Shown here in pieces: positions 37,870 through 50,057 of a stretch of 64,000 nt of DNA. The position numbers and the translations under genes were made by a program. The notes below the pieces were generated by a model, which saw only the letters and a list, made by a program, of their open reading frames with translations, did no database searches and was not told where the DNA came from. Numbering within the stretch: the first letter of the stretch is position 1; every line of letters starts with the position of its first letter. This DNA is from Takakia lepidozioides (Eukaryota > Plantae > Bryophyta): contig CM060732.1 in the NCBI GenBank assembly GCA_030704615.1, positions 8,804,001 to 8,868,000 of the forward strand, read 5' to 3'.

Positions 37870-40800
37870 GCTATATGGGAGCTTTAGAGCGGAGACAACA
37901 GGGAGTGTTCAACAGTATGGCTGAATGAGATGTGGTGTCGTGGAGTGCGATGATTGCAGAATATGCACAGCGGGCGCGGGATGGAGGCTTTGCAGACATA
38001 TGAGCACCTTCTTCAACACATTTCAGCCTGTTTTCCCTATTATCAGGATTCAGAGTAATCCCTAAATTTTCAGGTTGAATTCTGCAAGTTAGCTCGACGT
38101 TGGTGCAAAAAGGTGAATGCCTGTTGGAAGCGCAAGTCAGCATAGGAACTAGTGTGAGAAGTAGGGTTAGGGTGTTTGCTGGAACAAATCTAGGCTGTCA
38201 TTGTAAGCTGCTAGCAGCAAAGCAAGGAGGTACTATCATTTATTTGTGCAGAGGTATAGATAGCTGAAGGAGCAGGGATAGAGTGTGGGTCCAGATTCAT
38301 CCAAGAGGACTGGATTTCGACTCTGATAACATGGCAAAACAGGGTGAAATGTATTGAAGAAGGTACCTTCATTAGCAGCGAATTGTTCTATCAATTGGGC
38401 TGCTGCCACTTCTGTTTCCAGGATGACATCTGGTACAATTCCAGCTTTGACAATGTCACTATGGACCTCTTCCCTCTTTTCCAGAGCTCCCAGGCTTGCA
38501 CACGCATTGCAAACACAAACAAACACGATGTGGTTGGGCTTCACCCCTTCACACAACATTTGCTCATAGGTTTCCTAAGCATTCCTACCACACCTACGCT
38601 TGGTAAATCCTGCCAACATAATATTCCACGTGATCAAAGATCATTGAGGCATTCTGTTGAACACTTGGTGAGCATCCATGATGCTCCCGCACTTAAATTA
38701 TATGTTGACAAGGGTGTTGAGTAGAAAAACATTTGGTGTGAATCCACTTTGGATAATGTGAGTGTGCACCTGCTTTCTAGCTTCCAGACCATCCATCTTG
38801 ATGCACTTAAGCAACAGACAGACATATCTGAATCTGCTAAAATGCCTCTTTGGTTTAGAGTCTGTAGAGCCTCTGTCAGTCTGCCTGCCGCACAAAGTAT
38901 CTTCACATGCCCAGAAGTGCCAGAAGAGGCATTGTGGACTCCCTCTCTTGATCCGCCAGTTAGCTCATTCATGATGTGAGCTGGCATGAGTTTTATAAAG
39001 ATCCTTCACGATGGAGGGACAACCGCATTCGCAAGGTGTGGTTTTTCTTAATGTACGATGTGAAGTCCATCCTGCAAAGGTGGGCTCTTGGCTCCTGTTA
39101 GTACCATGATTTGGTGTTCTTCCTGATGTTTACAAGGTTCTTGGGAGAGTCATCTTGGTCTTAGTAGGCCGTGTTTCAATCTCTGCCTGCTCAGCTGCAC
39201 CGTGGTGGTTCTCACAGACACAAACATCACACACTAGAGGTCATTTTGGGTTGATGCTCGGTCAAATCCTCCATGGGTCAAGGACAATGTGGTGAGGGCA
39301 CCTTCTTCTTTGACCTGTTGCAGCCTGTTTTGCCCCCTCATCAGACTTGGCCCTGAGATGCATATTGAATTATGTAAGTTAACTCATTGGGTGGATCTGT
39401 GGTGGTTTGGAGTGACTTTGAACTAGTGTGATAAGTAGGGTTGGGGTGTTTGCTGGAACAATTCTAGGCTGTCATTGTCAGCTGCTAGCAGCAAGGCAAG
39501 GATGTATGCATGATTTGTGCAGAGGTATGGATAGCTGAAGGGGCAGGGATAGAGTGTGGGTCCAGATTCATCCAAGAGGGCTGGATTTCAAGCTCCAGAT
39601 TACCTATGATTCCATGTGGATCAATAGCTACAAGAAACCTGCTGCATGGGTAGATGGTCAAGTAAAGGTAGCAGCTGCAGCGACACAGTTGATAAAATCA
39701 GGCACCTCAACCATGACCACAGCTTCTGAAAGAGGATCAAGAGAGGGAGTCCACAATGCCTCTTCCGCTGGGCATGTGAAGATGCTTTGTGAGGCAGGCA
39801 GACTGACAGAGGCTCTACAACTTTAAGCCAACAAGGCATTTCAGCAGATTCAGATACGTCTGTCTGTCTCTTGCTTAAGTGCATCAAGATGAAAGGTTTG
39901 GAAGCTGAAAACAGGTGCACACTCATATTATCCAAAGTGGATTAACGCCAAATGTTTTTCTACTCAACACCCTTGTCAACATGTATGTTAAGTGTGGGAG
40001 CATCATGGATGCTCACCAGGTTTTCCACAGAGTGCCTCACCGATCTTGATCACGTGGAATATAATGTTGGCAGGATTTACCAAGGATGGGTGTGGTAAGG
40101 GTGAAACCCAACCACATCACATGTGTTTGTGTTTGTCATGCGTGTGCAAGGCTGGGAGCTCTGGAAAAGGGGAAAGAGGTCCATGGTGACATCGTCAAAG
40201 ATGGATTTGTACGAGATGTCATTCTGAACACTGCCCTGGTGGACATGTATGCCAAATGTGGGTGCATTAAGGATGCGAAGGGAGTTTTTAACACTATGGC
40301 TGAACGAGATGTGGTGTCATGGAATGTGGGGGGAATGTGATGCTTGCAGGGTACGCACAGCAGGGACATGGTATGAAGGCTTTGGAGACCTATGATCAAA
40401 TATTGATGGGGGAAGGGGTGAAGCCCAACCACATCACGTTGCAGCATACTGGTACTTCATAGCCATGGCGGCTCTTTCAGCCCCTCCATTTTTTTTTCTT
40501 TTGGTTTTTTTGGCGTTGGGAGAGAGCAGCAGCTCTGCTGTCTCCTTCCCCTTGCTTATGCCGATCGTTAAAGGGGAAATTGTCATTCTGAACTCTGCCT
40601 TGGTGGACATGTATGCCAAATATGGGTGCAGCAAGCCTGATGTGAAGGGAGAGTTTGACAATATGGCTGAACGAGATGTGGTAGTTTGGAATGCCATGAT
40701 TGCAAGGTATGTGCAGCATGGGTATGGGATTAAGGCTTTGGAAACATAAGAGCAATTGATGTGGGAAGGGATGAAGCCAGACCAGGCCGTCATGTTCATT

Positions 40801-41040
40801 TGTTTTTGTAATATGCAAATGCGAGCCTAGCAGCCCTAGGAAGGGGCAAAGAGGTTTATGGTGACATTATCCAAGCTGGAATTGTACCAGATGTCATTCT
40901 GAACATTCCCCTGCTGTACATCTACGTCAAATGTGAGCCTGGCAGCCCTCAAAAGGGCACAAAGGTCCATGATGACATCGTCAAAGCTGGAGTTGTCAGT
41001 CTAAACACTGCCTTGGTGGATATGTATGTCAAGGCAGCCC
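37870..41040. pseudogene. Cluster of PLS-class PPR gene fragments (mostly +, one inverted block) inside the LTR element
   Basis: GVKPNHITCVCVCHACARLGALEKGKEVH, DVILNTALVDMYAKCG, VFNTMAERDVVSWN, PNVFLLNTLVN. Many frameshifts and stops. 38400-38990 is inverted relative to 39700-40230. Confidence 0.9.
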
Positions 41041-41492
41041 TGGAAGTGGATGTCACTTTGGGTGACAAGGTAGTTGGCACCACCATTCTCTGGAACTCAT
41101 TCTCAAAATGATTTCTAATGTTCTCTTGACATGTCCACGATAGTGTTGGACCTAGCTGCACAACAGATAATCCTTACTCAATGACTTCAGTTGGGCAGTG
41201 ATCTATGGATATGGCAACATGGCCGTCATGTTGGTCATTTGTAGAATGTGGCCAAAACTTGTTTTGCAAAACACTCTTGATATAAACCAGTTTTGAGCCA
41301 TCCAAATGTTTTTGGTTCCGACCTGTATTTGTATTCTATGTTTTGTAATATATTTTCAATGCAGTGCAGCGAATCAAAAAATTTAAATACAATATCCACT
41401 AATTCACATACGTATAGATATAAACTAAAAGTAAATAAAAAAAGAAATATCAGTAATAAAAAAACAAATATTAAATAAAAAGCCTCCCAATT

Positions 41493-41494
41493 CA

Positions 41495-41526
<32 letters not shown>
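41493..41526. repeat. (TA)n microsatellite
   Basis: Long tatatata run. Confidence 0.85.
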
Positions 41527-42300
41527 CATCCCCAGAATGAAACATATTTACTAAAATGTGTCCTCTTTTACTGCTTCACAGTAAACACACTATACAAAGT
41601 CAAGCAAACTCACTATCACTGATTTACAGTCAAACCGTATACTAAACATCATGGAACATAGTCAATATGTTCCACTTCAGTTAAACCACTTTACTACACG
41701 TCATGCATCCATGTCACTCTGCCCTTAACACTTACTACACGTCATGCATCCACCTTATAATTCAGTTAAACCATTTTACTACACGTCATAGCCATGTCAT
41801 AGCCACATCGCATCCACGTCATACTGTGTTGCCTACACGTCACCCCCTAGGTTTTACTGTCACATTTCACTGTCAGAACCTGGCATCTGGATTCGACTGC
41901 TTGACTGAAACGACTTGACCTTTGTCACACATGTTCGACTATGGAGGCTGGGAGTAAAAATGTCGCAAACGACTAAAAAATGAGTCAAATACAGAGTCGA
42001 AAAGCCCAGCTTGTATTGTAGTGCAACAATGGAAATGAGAGCGGAAAAGACGGCCCCACTCCTATGTATTGACCAGGGTGGCATAACCTAACAGCAGCCA
42101 CTTGGCTCTACAATTGTCTTGCAATAATCAATGAAACTAACTGTCGGTCATAACTGATTCGATATGGCGGCTACTACAAACGGCGACGACGGCTCCCTAT
42201 CAACCTAATGATAACGCAATTATAAAAAAATTGATTCTTGACCAATAGAATTGTAAAACACCCTCCCCCTCACGTAACCTAGATTCTGCCCACAGAATAC

Positions 42301-45300
42301 TTAAGTATGGTAGAGTTTAAGGCAATCGCCATTAATGCGAGTGTCCAATGGATCGCCGAAAATTGTCAATAATTTCACTGAGCCATTGGGAAAAGCCTCC
42401 ACCACTCGATAAGGGCCAAGCCAACGCATTTTTAATTTGCCAGGAAATTTTTGAAAGCGACTATCATAAAGGAGCACCAAATCATGGGTTTTAAAAGCTT
42501 TGGGCTTAAGGCGGCTGTCATAATAGTCCTTCCGCCGCAACTGGGTGACTTCAATATGTTGTAACGCCTGCCGACGAAGTTCATCCAATTTTACCAATTG
42601 CAACAATCGAGCTGTAAGAGAGTCAGTATCGCCAAGACACTCTTCGATAGCTATGCGGAGAGAGGGTATCTCTAATTCAATAGGCAAAATCGGCTCTTGG
42701 CCATAGACAAGTTGAAACGGTGTAAAACCTGTAGTAACCTTAAAGGCAGTCCGATAGGCCCACAAAGCAGAAAATAGCTTGATATCCCAATCGTTGCCAG
42801 AACCAGAAATTGTTTTGGTCAAGATTACACATAAAAGTCCATTGGTTTTCTCAGTTTGGCCATTCGCCCGAGGATGATAAGGGGTGGTCTTTCGATATAC
42901 GTAGCCGTCATTTGCTCTATAGTGGAGTTTAAGAAATGAGTACCACGATCACTCACCAATTCACGGGGGCAACCAAACCGAGTAATGATATTTTCGTATA
43001 AGAATTGAGCAACTACCTTAGCCGTATCAGTACGAGTGGCCATTGCTTTTGCCCACTTAGTAATGTATTCAGTAGCAACAAGAATATAGCGCTTTTGACC
43101 ATTGCGGGAAGCAAGAGCAATAGGACCAACAAAATCAATTCCCCATTTTTCAAAGGGAGCTTGAGCCAGAATGGGGACAAGCGGCATCGAGCTCGATCGC
43201 ATAGGCTTACCCAAACGCTGACAAGCATCGCAGCGACGCACATAAGCAAAAGCATCCTTGAATAGAGTGGGCCACCAATAACCCGATAATAGAACCTTAC
43301 GACCAGTTGCATCACCGGCAAAATGGCCACCACAAGAATTGGCATGGCACCAGGTTCCAATATTGTAGACACCTCAACTTCCAAGATACATCGACGTAAA
43401 ACTCCATCTTTCCCAAGCCGATAGAGAGTGTCGCCAATAATTGTATAAGGAGCAGAGGTCTCAACCAATCGTTGTTTCTGCTTTTCAGTCGCAGGAAATT
43501 GCTGCAACGATAAATAATTGAAGATAAGGGCATACTCACCCGTCATGACATCAATGACAAATAACTTAGCATCAGGGAAAGAGTCATCTATCGGCTCAGA
43601 GCCTACTTCCTTTGATAATCGACTCAAATGATCCGCATTGGCATGTTTGTGATATTTCAGAGCATCATGGTCGACATGAAAAACAAAAGGGTATCCCAAT
43701 AAATAATGGCGAAATTTCTAAATAGAATAAATCATGCCCAAACCCTCTCGTTAAGTGGTGGTATAATTAATCTCAGCTACAGCCAATTGCCGGCTAGAAA
43801 AATAAATCGGATGATCAAAAGACTTATCATCATTTTGACTTAAAACGCTACCAATAGCATAATTCGAGGCATCGACATAAACCTGGAATTCCTTTGTCCA
43901 ATCAGGTGAAACCAAAATAGGCGCCTTTATCAATCGGCCCTTTAATTCATGAAATGAATGTTGACATTCTTTTGTTCATTGTGGCTCGACATCATGCTTC
44001 AATAATTGCGTCAAAGGTAAGGCAATCTCGGTATATCGACGGATAAAGCGACGATAATAACCCACATACCCCAAAAATGCACGTACCTCCGTCACTGTCG
44101 TGGGGGTAGGTAATTGGACAATAATCTCAATCTTGGTGGGGTCAGTTGATATGCCTCGAATCGATACAATATGGCCCAAGAGTTTCCCCTTGGTAACCAA
44201 AAATTGGCATTTGCCTACATTTAGGGAGATTCCATACTCCTTACATTTGTGAAAACACAGCTCCAACATCTCAGCATGTGTTGCTTTACTGCTATAGACA
44301 CAAAAATCATCCAAAAATATCTCCATTATTAACCGCAATTAGTCCTGGAAGGCTGCAGTCATCACTCGTTGAAATGTAGCAGGAGCATTGCAAAGTCCGA
44401 AAGACATAACTTTGTAGGCATAAGTACCCCAATCAGTAGTAAAAGTAGTCTTTGGCCGATGTTCCTCTGCAATCGTGATCTGATTGTAACCAGAAAACCC
44501 ATCGAGGAAAGAATAGCACTCATGGCCCGCTACTGCATCCAAGATAGTATCGGTATGGGAAATAGTCCTTCCTGGTCATAGCATTAAGCTTCCGGAAGTC
44601 CTGACAGATCCGCACTTTGCCCGATTGCTTTTTGGGGACAACCACTATTGGCGTTACCCAATCGCTATAAGGTACAGGATAAATGAAACCAGCAACTAAC
44701 AATTTATCCAACTCTTCTTTAACCAACAGAGAATATTTAGGATTCAATCGATGTTGACATTGCCGCACTGGCATTGCTCCTTCCTCCAATATAATGCGAT
44801 GCTGGCAAATTTCTGGGGGTACACCCCGAAGATCAGTATAAGTCCATGCAAAAGCCGCACGATGTTTCTGGAAACAATTCATTTGAGGGAATATCCGCAG
44901 AGATTATAATTTCATTGGGTTCAGCAGCCGTATTCAAATTCAGGGTTTGATAGGGGTCCTTCTTCACCAATGGAGCACGATTATCATCAGCCGAATCGTA
45001 CCACGCGATATCTTCTGACGTGGAGGCCAATTCCCACTCAGATTCATGCTGCACCATGTAGGATGGACGAGCTCCCTCCCATCGCAAAATAACATCATCA
45101 GAGTCACTATCAAAATCACCATGCCACAGATACTCCCCTAGATTAGCACATCGGTAAATCCGTTGGCTACGTGTATGCTTAGGCGACAGTGGAATGACTT
45201 GAGAATCACTATCGGCGTCAGATGTCCCTCCTTCAGCTTCGGAAGTAAACTCACATTCCATCTCCTGAGTTTCCCCATGATAAGCTACTGGGTACATTTG

Positions 45301-47830
45301 CAAGACCATTTTTTGTTGGCCTTTACCCAAAGTCAAGGTGCCTTTTCCCCAGTCATTTTTAGCTTTAGACTGGAATAACCATGGTCTCCCCAATAAAATG
45401 GGATAAGAATAGGCAGAGACGTTTAGTCGGAAAACAACATAATCAATGGAATATTCAATAGCAGCAATTATCGTTGGGACTGCAGTTAAAACACCCATTG
45501 GTTTAACGCGACTTTGATCGGCCATCCTCAACACCAATCGAGTGGTCTGTAAACCACCAAGTCCTAACTCCTCCATCGTGTCTGAACTCATCAAATTGAC
45601 ACTAGAGCCACCGTCAATCTGTACTCCAGTATTGACAACACCATCTATCGTCACATCAAGCACAAAGGCACCCGGATCCAGATTGAGTGTCGATATACTC
45701 ACTTCATGGACGTCATTGTTTGATGATTGTCTTCGAACCAGAGACGACTGCAAAAAATATCGACATTGAGGTGCGATAGCCAACAACTACCGCAAGGAAA
45801 TAGTAGGTTGCAAATAATCCAGATCCTTCAAAATATCATAATGGACCAAGCCTTTAGTCATCGCCATAACCCGCCTCCCACGCGATCCCTTGACATGTCC
45901 TATCTTGCCATTACCCATTTTCGGACCAGTATACTTCTCTCGATTTCTCCGCTGGACTGGCTCCGTTCTAGGTTGGGGTATAGCAACCGGTATTACAGGA
46001 TCAGGGTCGATAGGGTCCACGATAGTTCAAGGTGGATGGACTACCAAACTAGGCGATATCATCGGTGGTATCGGATGAATATCGGGTATGGTCGGCAACG
46101 ATTTGCATCTCATCAGTTTGCTTGGAGTTCACACTATCGGGATTCTTTAGGGCAGATTCCTCTACAATAGGGTCCATCGGCAATAGCTTACGACCTCTGG
46201 TAGTCACTGCTTTGACCATGGGAACATTGGACTCAGCATTGGAATAATATGATTGCAAGGGGGTATCAGCTGCTTCCATCTTGCCTTTGCCTTTCAGGGT
46301 GGTTCTTTTATCAGCCATTAACGTATTCATATCACCCGTCCTATCCTCCACACATTCTTGTACTGTTACTCAATTTACAACTCGATTGGTATTAGTATTT
46401 CCAAAAGAATGTGATGGCCCTGCAGTTGATGGAGCTGTACCCAAAATTGGAGGCATAGGAGTTGATGAAGATTGCTGATGGATAGGCTTTTGGGGGTATG
46501 GACTCTCACATTGTTCGGCAATATGGCCCTAACCACCACAACGTCCACACAACGGTATGTAATTGACCGGAGCCTTTGGATAGGACATTTGCTTGCAATA
46601 TGTCCAAGTTCATGACAACGAAAGCAAACAGGGTATTGCCCATTTCTCAATCGCCGTGTATTAGGCCGATTGGGAGAGTTAGATTGTTGAAGATACCCTT
46701 GTTGTTGACCGCCTCCAAAGGATTGCCCGTAAGCACCCTGGGGCGGTATTCCCCTCCATGCTGGCGATTTGGCTGATTAGTTGGCTGATACTAGCTTTGT
46801 GGCCCTCGGGCACGTCTCCAAGGCTGCCGACTCTTGGGAGGTGACCCTGACCATTGAGCAGGCATCGCTTACACCACATGTGCCATTAGGGACTCAACCT
46901 GATTGACGCCCCACCCTCCTGGCTTTTGATTGGTCTTGGCCGGGGTTAACCCCATAGCAGTTTGGAGATGCCAATGCTGCAAAATAACATGACCTGATTT
47001 ACCACAATATCCATACTTGGCAACATTGATGGGGTTTGATGCTGGTGTCAATGGGCATTCATGGGCTAAATGACCATGAACCTAACAGATAGAACACCAC
47101 ATGTTGGCCCGTTGATTATTTGGCTTTGATCTCCCTTCTCTCTTAGAAGCCAATTGCACGGAGAGTTCCTCCATCCGCTTAGTTAATGCAGCAATGTGCC
47201 CTTCCTGGGGGTCAATTGTCATGCCAGCTGATAATTGGTTTTGTAAGGATACAGGGGCATACATTCCCATAGTAGTTTGAGGAGATGAAACTATGGTTGA
47301 GGGCATCATTGTTGGTGAAATTTGTGAAGCCCAAGAATTAGTATCAAACATCGTGGGCGCCACTGAATAGATGGAAACATTAATAGTCTCCCATAATTTA
47401 GCTCAATTGAGGGCTGTTTGGAGATTGGCTGGTGTCCCCTCTTTTACAAATCTCTTCAATTCCTGCGGCATCAATCCTTCCACAAAGAGGCCCATTTGCA
47501 TATGGTTAGGGATATTGTGGTTATTCCATCGCCGGAGGATATCTTCCAATCGTCCTGCAAAGGAACCAACTGATTCTCCTTCTACCATATGGAGCTTGGT
47601 CAATTGCTCACGCAACCGGTCGGTAAAACCCAAGGGCCTGAATTGAATAAAAAAGGCTGTCTTTAGGGCATTCCAATTAGCAAAGCTACCATGAGGTTGA
47701 CGATCATACCATTGAAAAGCTAATTCATGCAATGTAGCAGGGAACATCTACTGCTTCTGTTCTAGCATTATTAGCAATACACGCCGTTATAAATTGGGCT
47801 AAGTGCCGGCAAGGTTCCTCCACCTGACTT
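42301..47830 (-). pseudogene. gag-pol polyprotein (gag, zinc knuckles, protease, RT, RNase H, integrase), frameshifted
   Basis: Gag FPATLHELAFQWY. Protease VQIDGGSSVNLM. RT KVRICQDFRKLN, FLDGFSGYNQI, FGLCNAPATFQR, IFLDDF. RNase H VYVDASNYAIGSVL. Integrase PFEKWGIDFVGP, LVSDRGTHF, ALWAYRT, GKLKMRWLGPY. No chromodomain. Confidence 0.95.
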
Positions 47831-48430
47831 AAAACTATGCCATTTTTGCAATTCAAATAATCAGCATAAGAGGGCAAAAATCCCTGAATGCTTTTGGAAT
47901 AAGAAGAATGAGGGTAAGACAATTGAACTTCCGGGTGCTCAGCCAACGAAAAGCGGAGATGCTAGCTTTGGCGATAGCTCAGGAGGAACAGATTCAATTA
48001 TTACCCAAAAAGGAGGCAACGGCAAAGACAATTGAACTATCTATCGCACGAAATAAGGGACATCGTCTGGTAGTCTCCATAAGGAGAAAAGGGTTATGGG
48101 GAATGAAGGAATCTCCCATGCAAACGGAGCATCAGGCTAAGGCAAGGGCCGATCGATTGGCAGTGCGCATAGCACGACGTGCATTATTAGCTGCACAGCT
48201 AGCTGCATCGGCACCGCCTAATTTACCCCCTATTGTACTTCCTAACGTACCTATTGTACCGCCTATTGTACCAGCACCAATGGCTGCAGTACCAATTGGA
48301 GTTAATTTACAGTCGATACCGGTGGTGGTGAATGTCCTCCGCCGTCATCTCATCTGCTTTCAACAATCGCAATAATAAAAGAAATAGTGAAGGTGTATTA
48401 AAGCATCATTATCTCAAACCGCATTGTCTT

Positions 48431-48448
48431 TCCCCGGTAGCGGCGCCA
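48431..48448 (-). promoter_or_regulatory. Primer-binding site (Athila-type)
   Basis: Minus strand TGGCGCCGCTACCGGGGA, a few nt inside the 5' LTR edge, close to the typical Athila PBS TGGCGCCGTTGCCGGGGA. Confidence 0.85.
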
Positions 48449-48609
48449 AAAAGATGTACAATAAAACTATAATCAACCCTAAAAGAAAAGGATCAACCAG
48501 TCTTGAGTTTGTTCGCTGGGGAAAGCACTATACGACTGCAAAATAATGATGCTATACTACTCTATTTCTCCTCATTCCCTCTACATAGAGTTTTCTACCA
48601 CTACTTGCC

Positions 48610-48879
48610 TCAATCTAAAGCAACTAAGACCCTTCCAGTTTCACTGATATTCCCTCCATCCTCTATCATCTCTATTCCATTGACTGAAATTAAATACCAT
48701 TGTTCATCTAATTCTCTCCTCCAGTAATCTGCCTGATACAGGGTCAATAATTCTTTGCACCATCCTTTACTCAGAAGCCATAGATTGATTATTTCTATGT
48801 CACTACATCGTAGTCTTTTAAAGATATCTATCGACAGACTATCAGGTAATCCAGTAATTAATTCTATAGGGTCCTCCAT
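48610..48879 (-). CDS. F-box-like mini-ORF 3 in the 5' LTR
   Basis: MEDPIELITGLPDSLSIDIFKRLRCSDIEIINLWLLSKGWCKELLTLY. Confidence 0.6.
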   Translation of the reverse strand: MEDPIELITGLPDSLSIDIFKRLRCSDIEIINLWLLSKGWCKELLTLYQADYWRRELDEQWYLISVNGIEMIEDGGNISETGRVLVALD

Positions 48880-48915
48880 TCCTTCTCCTCTCCACACATC
48901 ACCATTGATTGTGCT

Positions 48916-49224
48916 TCACCACCAATCTTGTTTCTTCAGTTCCTCCAGGGACTTTCCCTCACCAAAGGTATTATTCGATTCTCTCATAAGTTCAGGATAG
49001 TCTTCAAAAGGTCTATACCATGTCTGCAACCAACTGTGCTTCCAATAACAATTTATGTATAGAATTGATAACTCCTTGTACCATCCTCTATTGACTAATT
49101 GTAATGAAAATCTCTCTTTATCGCTATAACAAAGCTTCTGAAAGATTATTTTCGATAGATGATCTGGTAATCCGGTGATCAACTCTGATAATTCTTTTAT
49201 TCCCTCATCATTGTTCTCTGTCAT
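48916..49224 (-). CDS. F-box-like mini-ORF 2 in the 5' LTR
   Basis: ELSELITGLPDHLSKIIFQKLCYSDKERFSLQLVNRGWYKELSILY. Confidence 0.6.
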   Translation of the reverse strand: MTENNDEGIKELSELITGLPDHLSKIIFQKLCYSDKERFSLQLVNRGWYKELSILYINCYWKHSWLQTWYRPFEDYPELMRESNNTFGEGKSLEELKKQDWW

Positions 49225-49268
49225 GCAAATGGTTTTACTTCACTGTTATTTTCTTCCAATTAATCCAA

Positions 49269-49544
49269 TCAAAGACTTTCTATCTTCAAGTCCTTAATCT
49301 GCCCCTTCATGAACTCTGGATAACCATCCAAAGGACAACACCACATATTAATCCACTCACGCCCCAATTGACGATGTTTATATAGAATTGATAATTCATT
49401 TCTCCAGGCTTTACTCATACTTTCTATTCGAACTAACTCTGCCTCATTGCAGGATAAACTCTTAAATATCCGAATCGATATTTCTCTGGGTAAACCATGA
49501 ATTAATTCTCGCTCAAAATCTTTATCCTCTCCATTTGTGCACAT
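49269..49544 (-). CDS. F-box-like mini-ORF 1 in the 5' LTR
   Basis: ERELIHGLPREISIRIFKSLSCNEAELVRIESMSKAWRNELSILY. Confidence 0.6.
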   Translation of the reverse strand: MCTNGEDKDFERELIHGLPREISIRIFKSLSCNEAELVRIESMSKAWRNELSILYKHRQLGREWINMWCCPLDGYPEFMKGQIKDLKIESL

Positions 49545-49816
49545 TCTCACTATCCCACATAATTATAATTCTTCAACCATTACATTCAGAATTGGACTCA
49601 CATTCAATCATTCTATTCTTCACACAACACAAAGTGGATTGAACTTCTTTTTTCTACTTCTTCTCTTCTATTCATTCAAAAACACAACATCACAAGAACG
49701 TAGTACTAATCTACCACTGAGAAATCACTCCATCTCCTAACTCCTACTCACTCTACTCTAGTCTGCTCTGGTCACAACTCTCTGGCTCAATTGACACTGT
49801 CTGCTTCACATGAACG

Positions 49817-49826
49817 TAATATATAG
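49817..49826 (-). promoter_or_regulatory. Candidate LTR TATA box
   Basis: Minus strand CTATATATTA about 230 nt into the 5' LTR; conserved in the 3' LTR (~33949-33958). Confidence 0.5.
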
Positions 49827-50057
49827 CAGAGTGCTCCAACAACTTTAATAACCGCTCAACCTCTTTTATCCATCCTCTATAATCATTCATCCATTTCTTC
49901 TATCATCCAGTCAAGGATAGACTATCGGCTGCATATAAAATATCGAGGAACACTGCTCTATCGCAACAATATCGAAGGTATCATAGAGTATATCGATGGA
50001 AAAAGCACTAAAAAGAGTTAAAATTGTAGCTCAACCAGAAATTAATATTATTCTACA

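Larger units (their letters stand above)
32589..50057 (-). mobile_element. Full-length, non-autonomous (decayed) Athila-like Ty3/gypsy LTR retrotransposon, 17.5 kb
   Basis: Direct LTRs 32589-34189 and 48455-50057, both TG...CA. 5-bp TSD GTCCT at 32584-32588 and 50058-50062. PBS, PPT, and gag-PR-RT-RH-INT order on the minus strand. Confidence 0.93.
48455..50057 (-). repeat. 5' LTR (1603 bp)
   Basis: tgtacaataaaac...tattctaca, adjacent to the PBS. Confidence 0.95.

Noticed and set aside
38236-40749. Functional PPR gene
   Set aside because: Multiple frameshifts, stops and an inversion, and no E/DYW tail.
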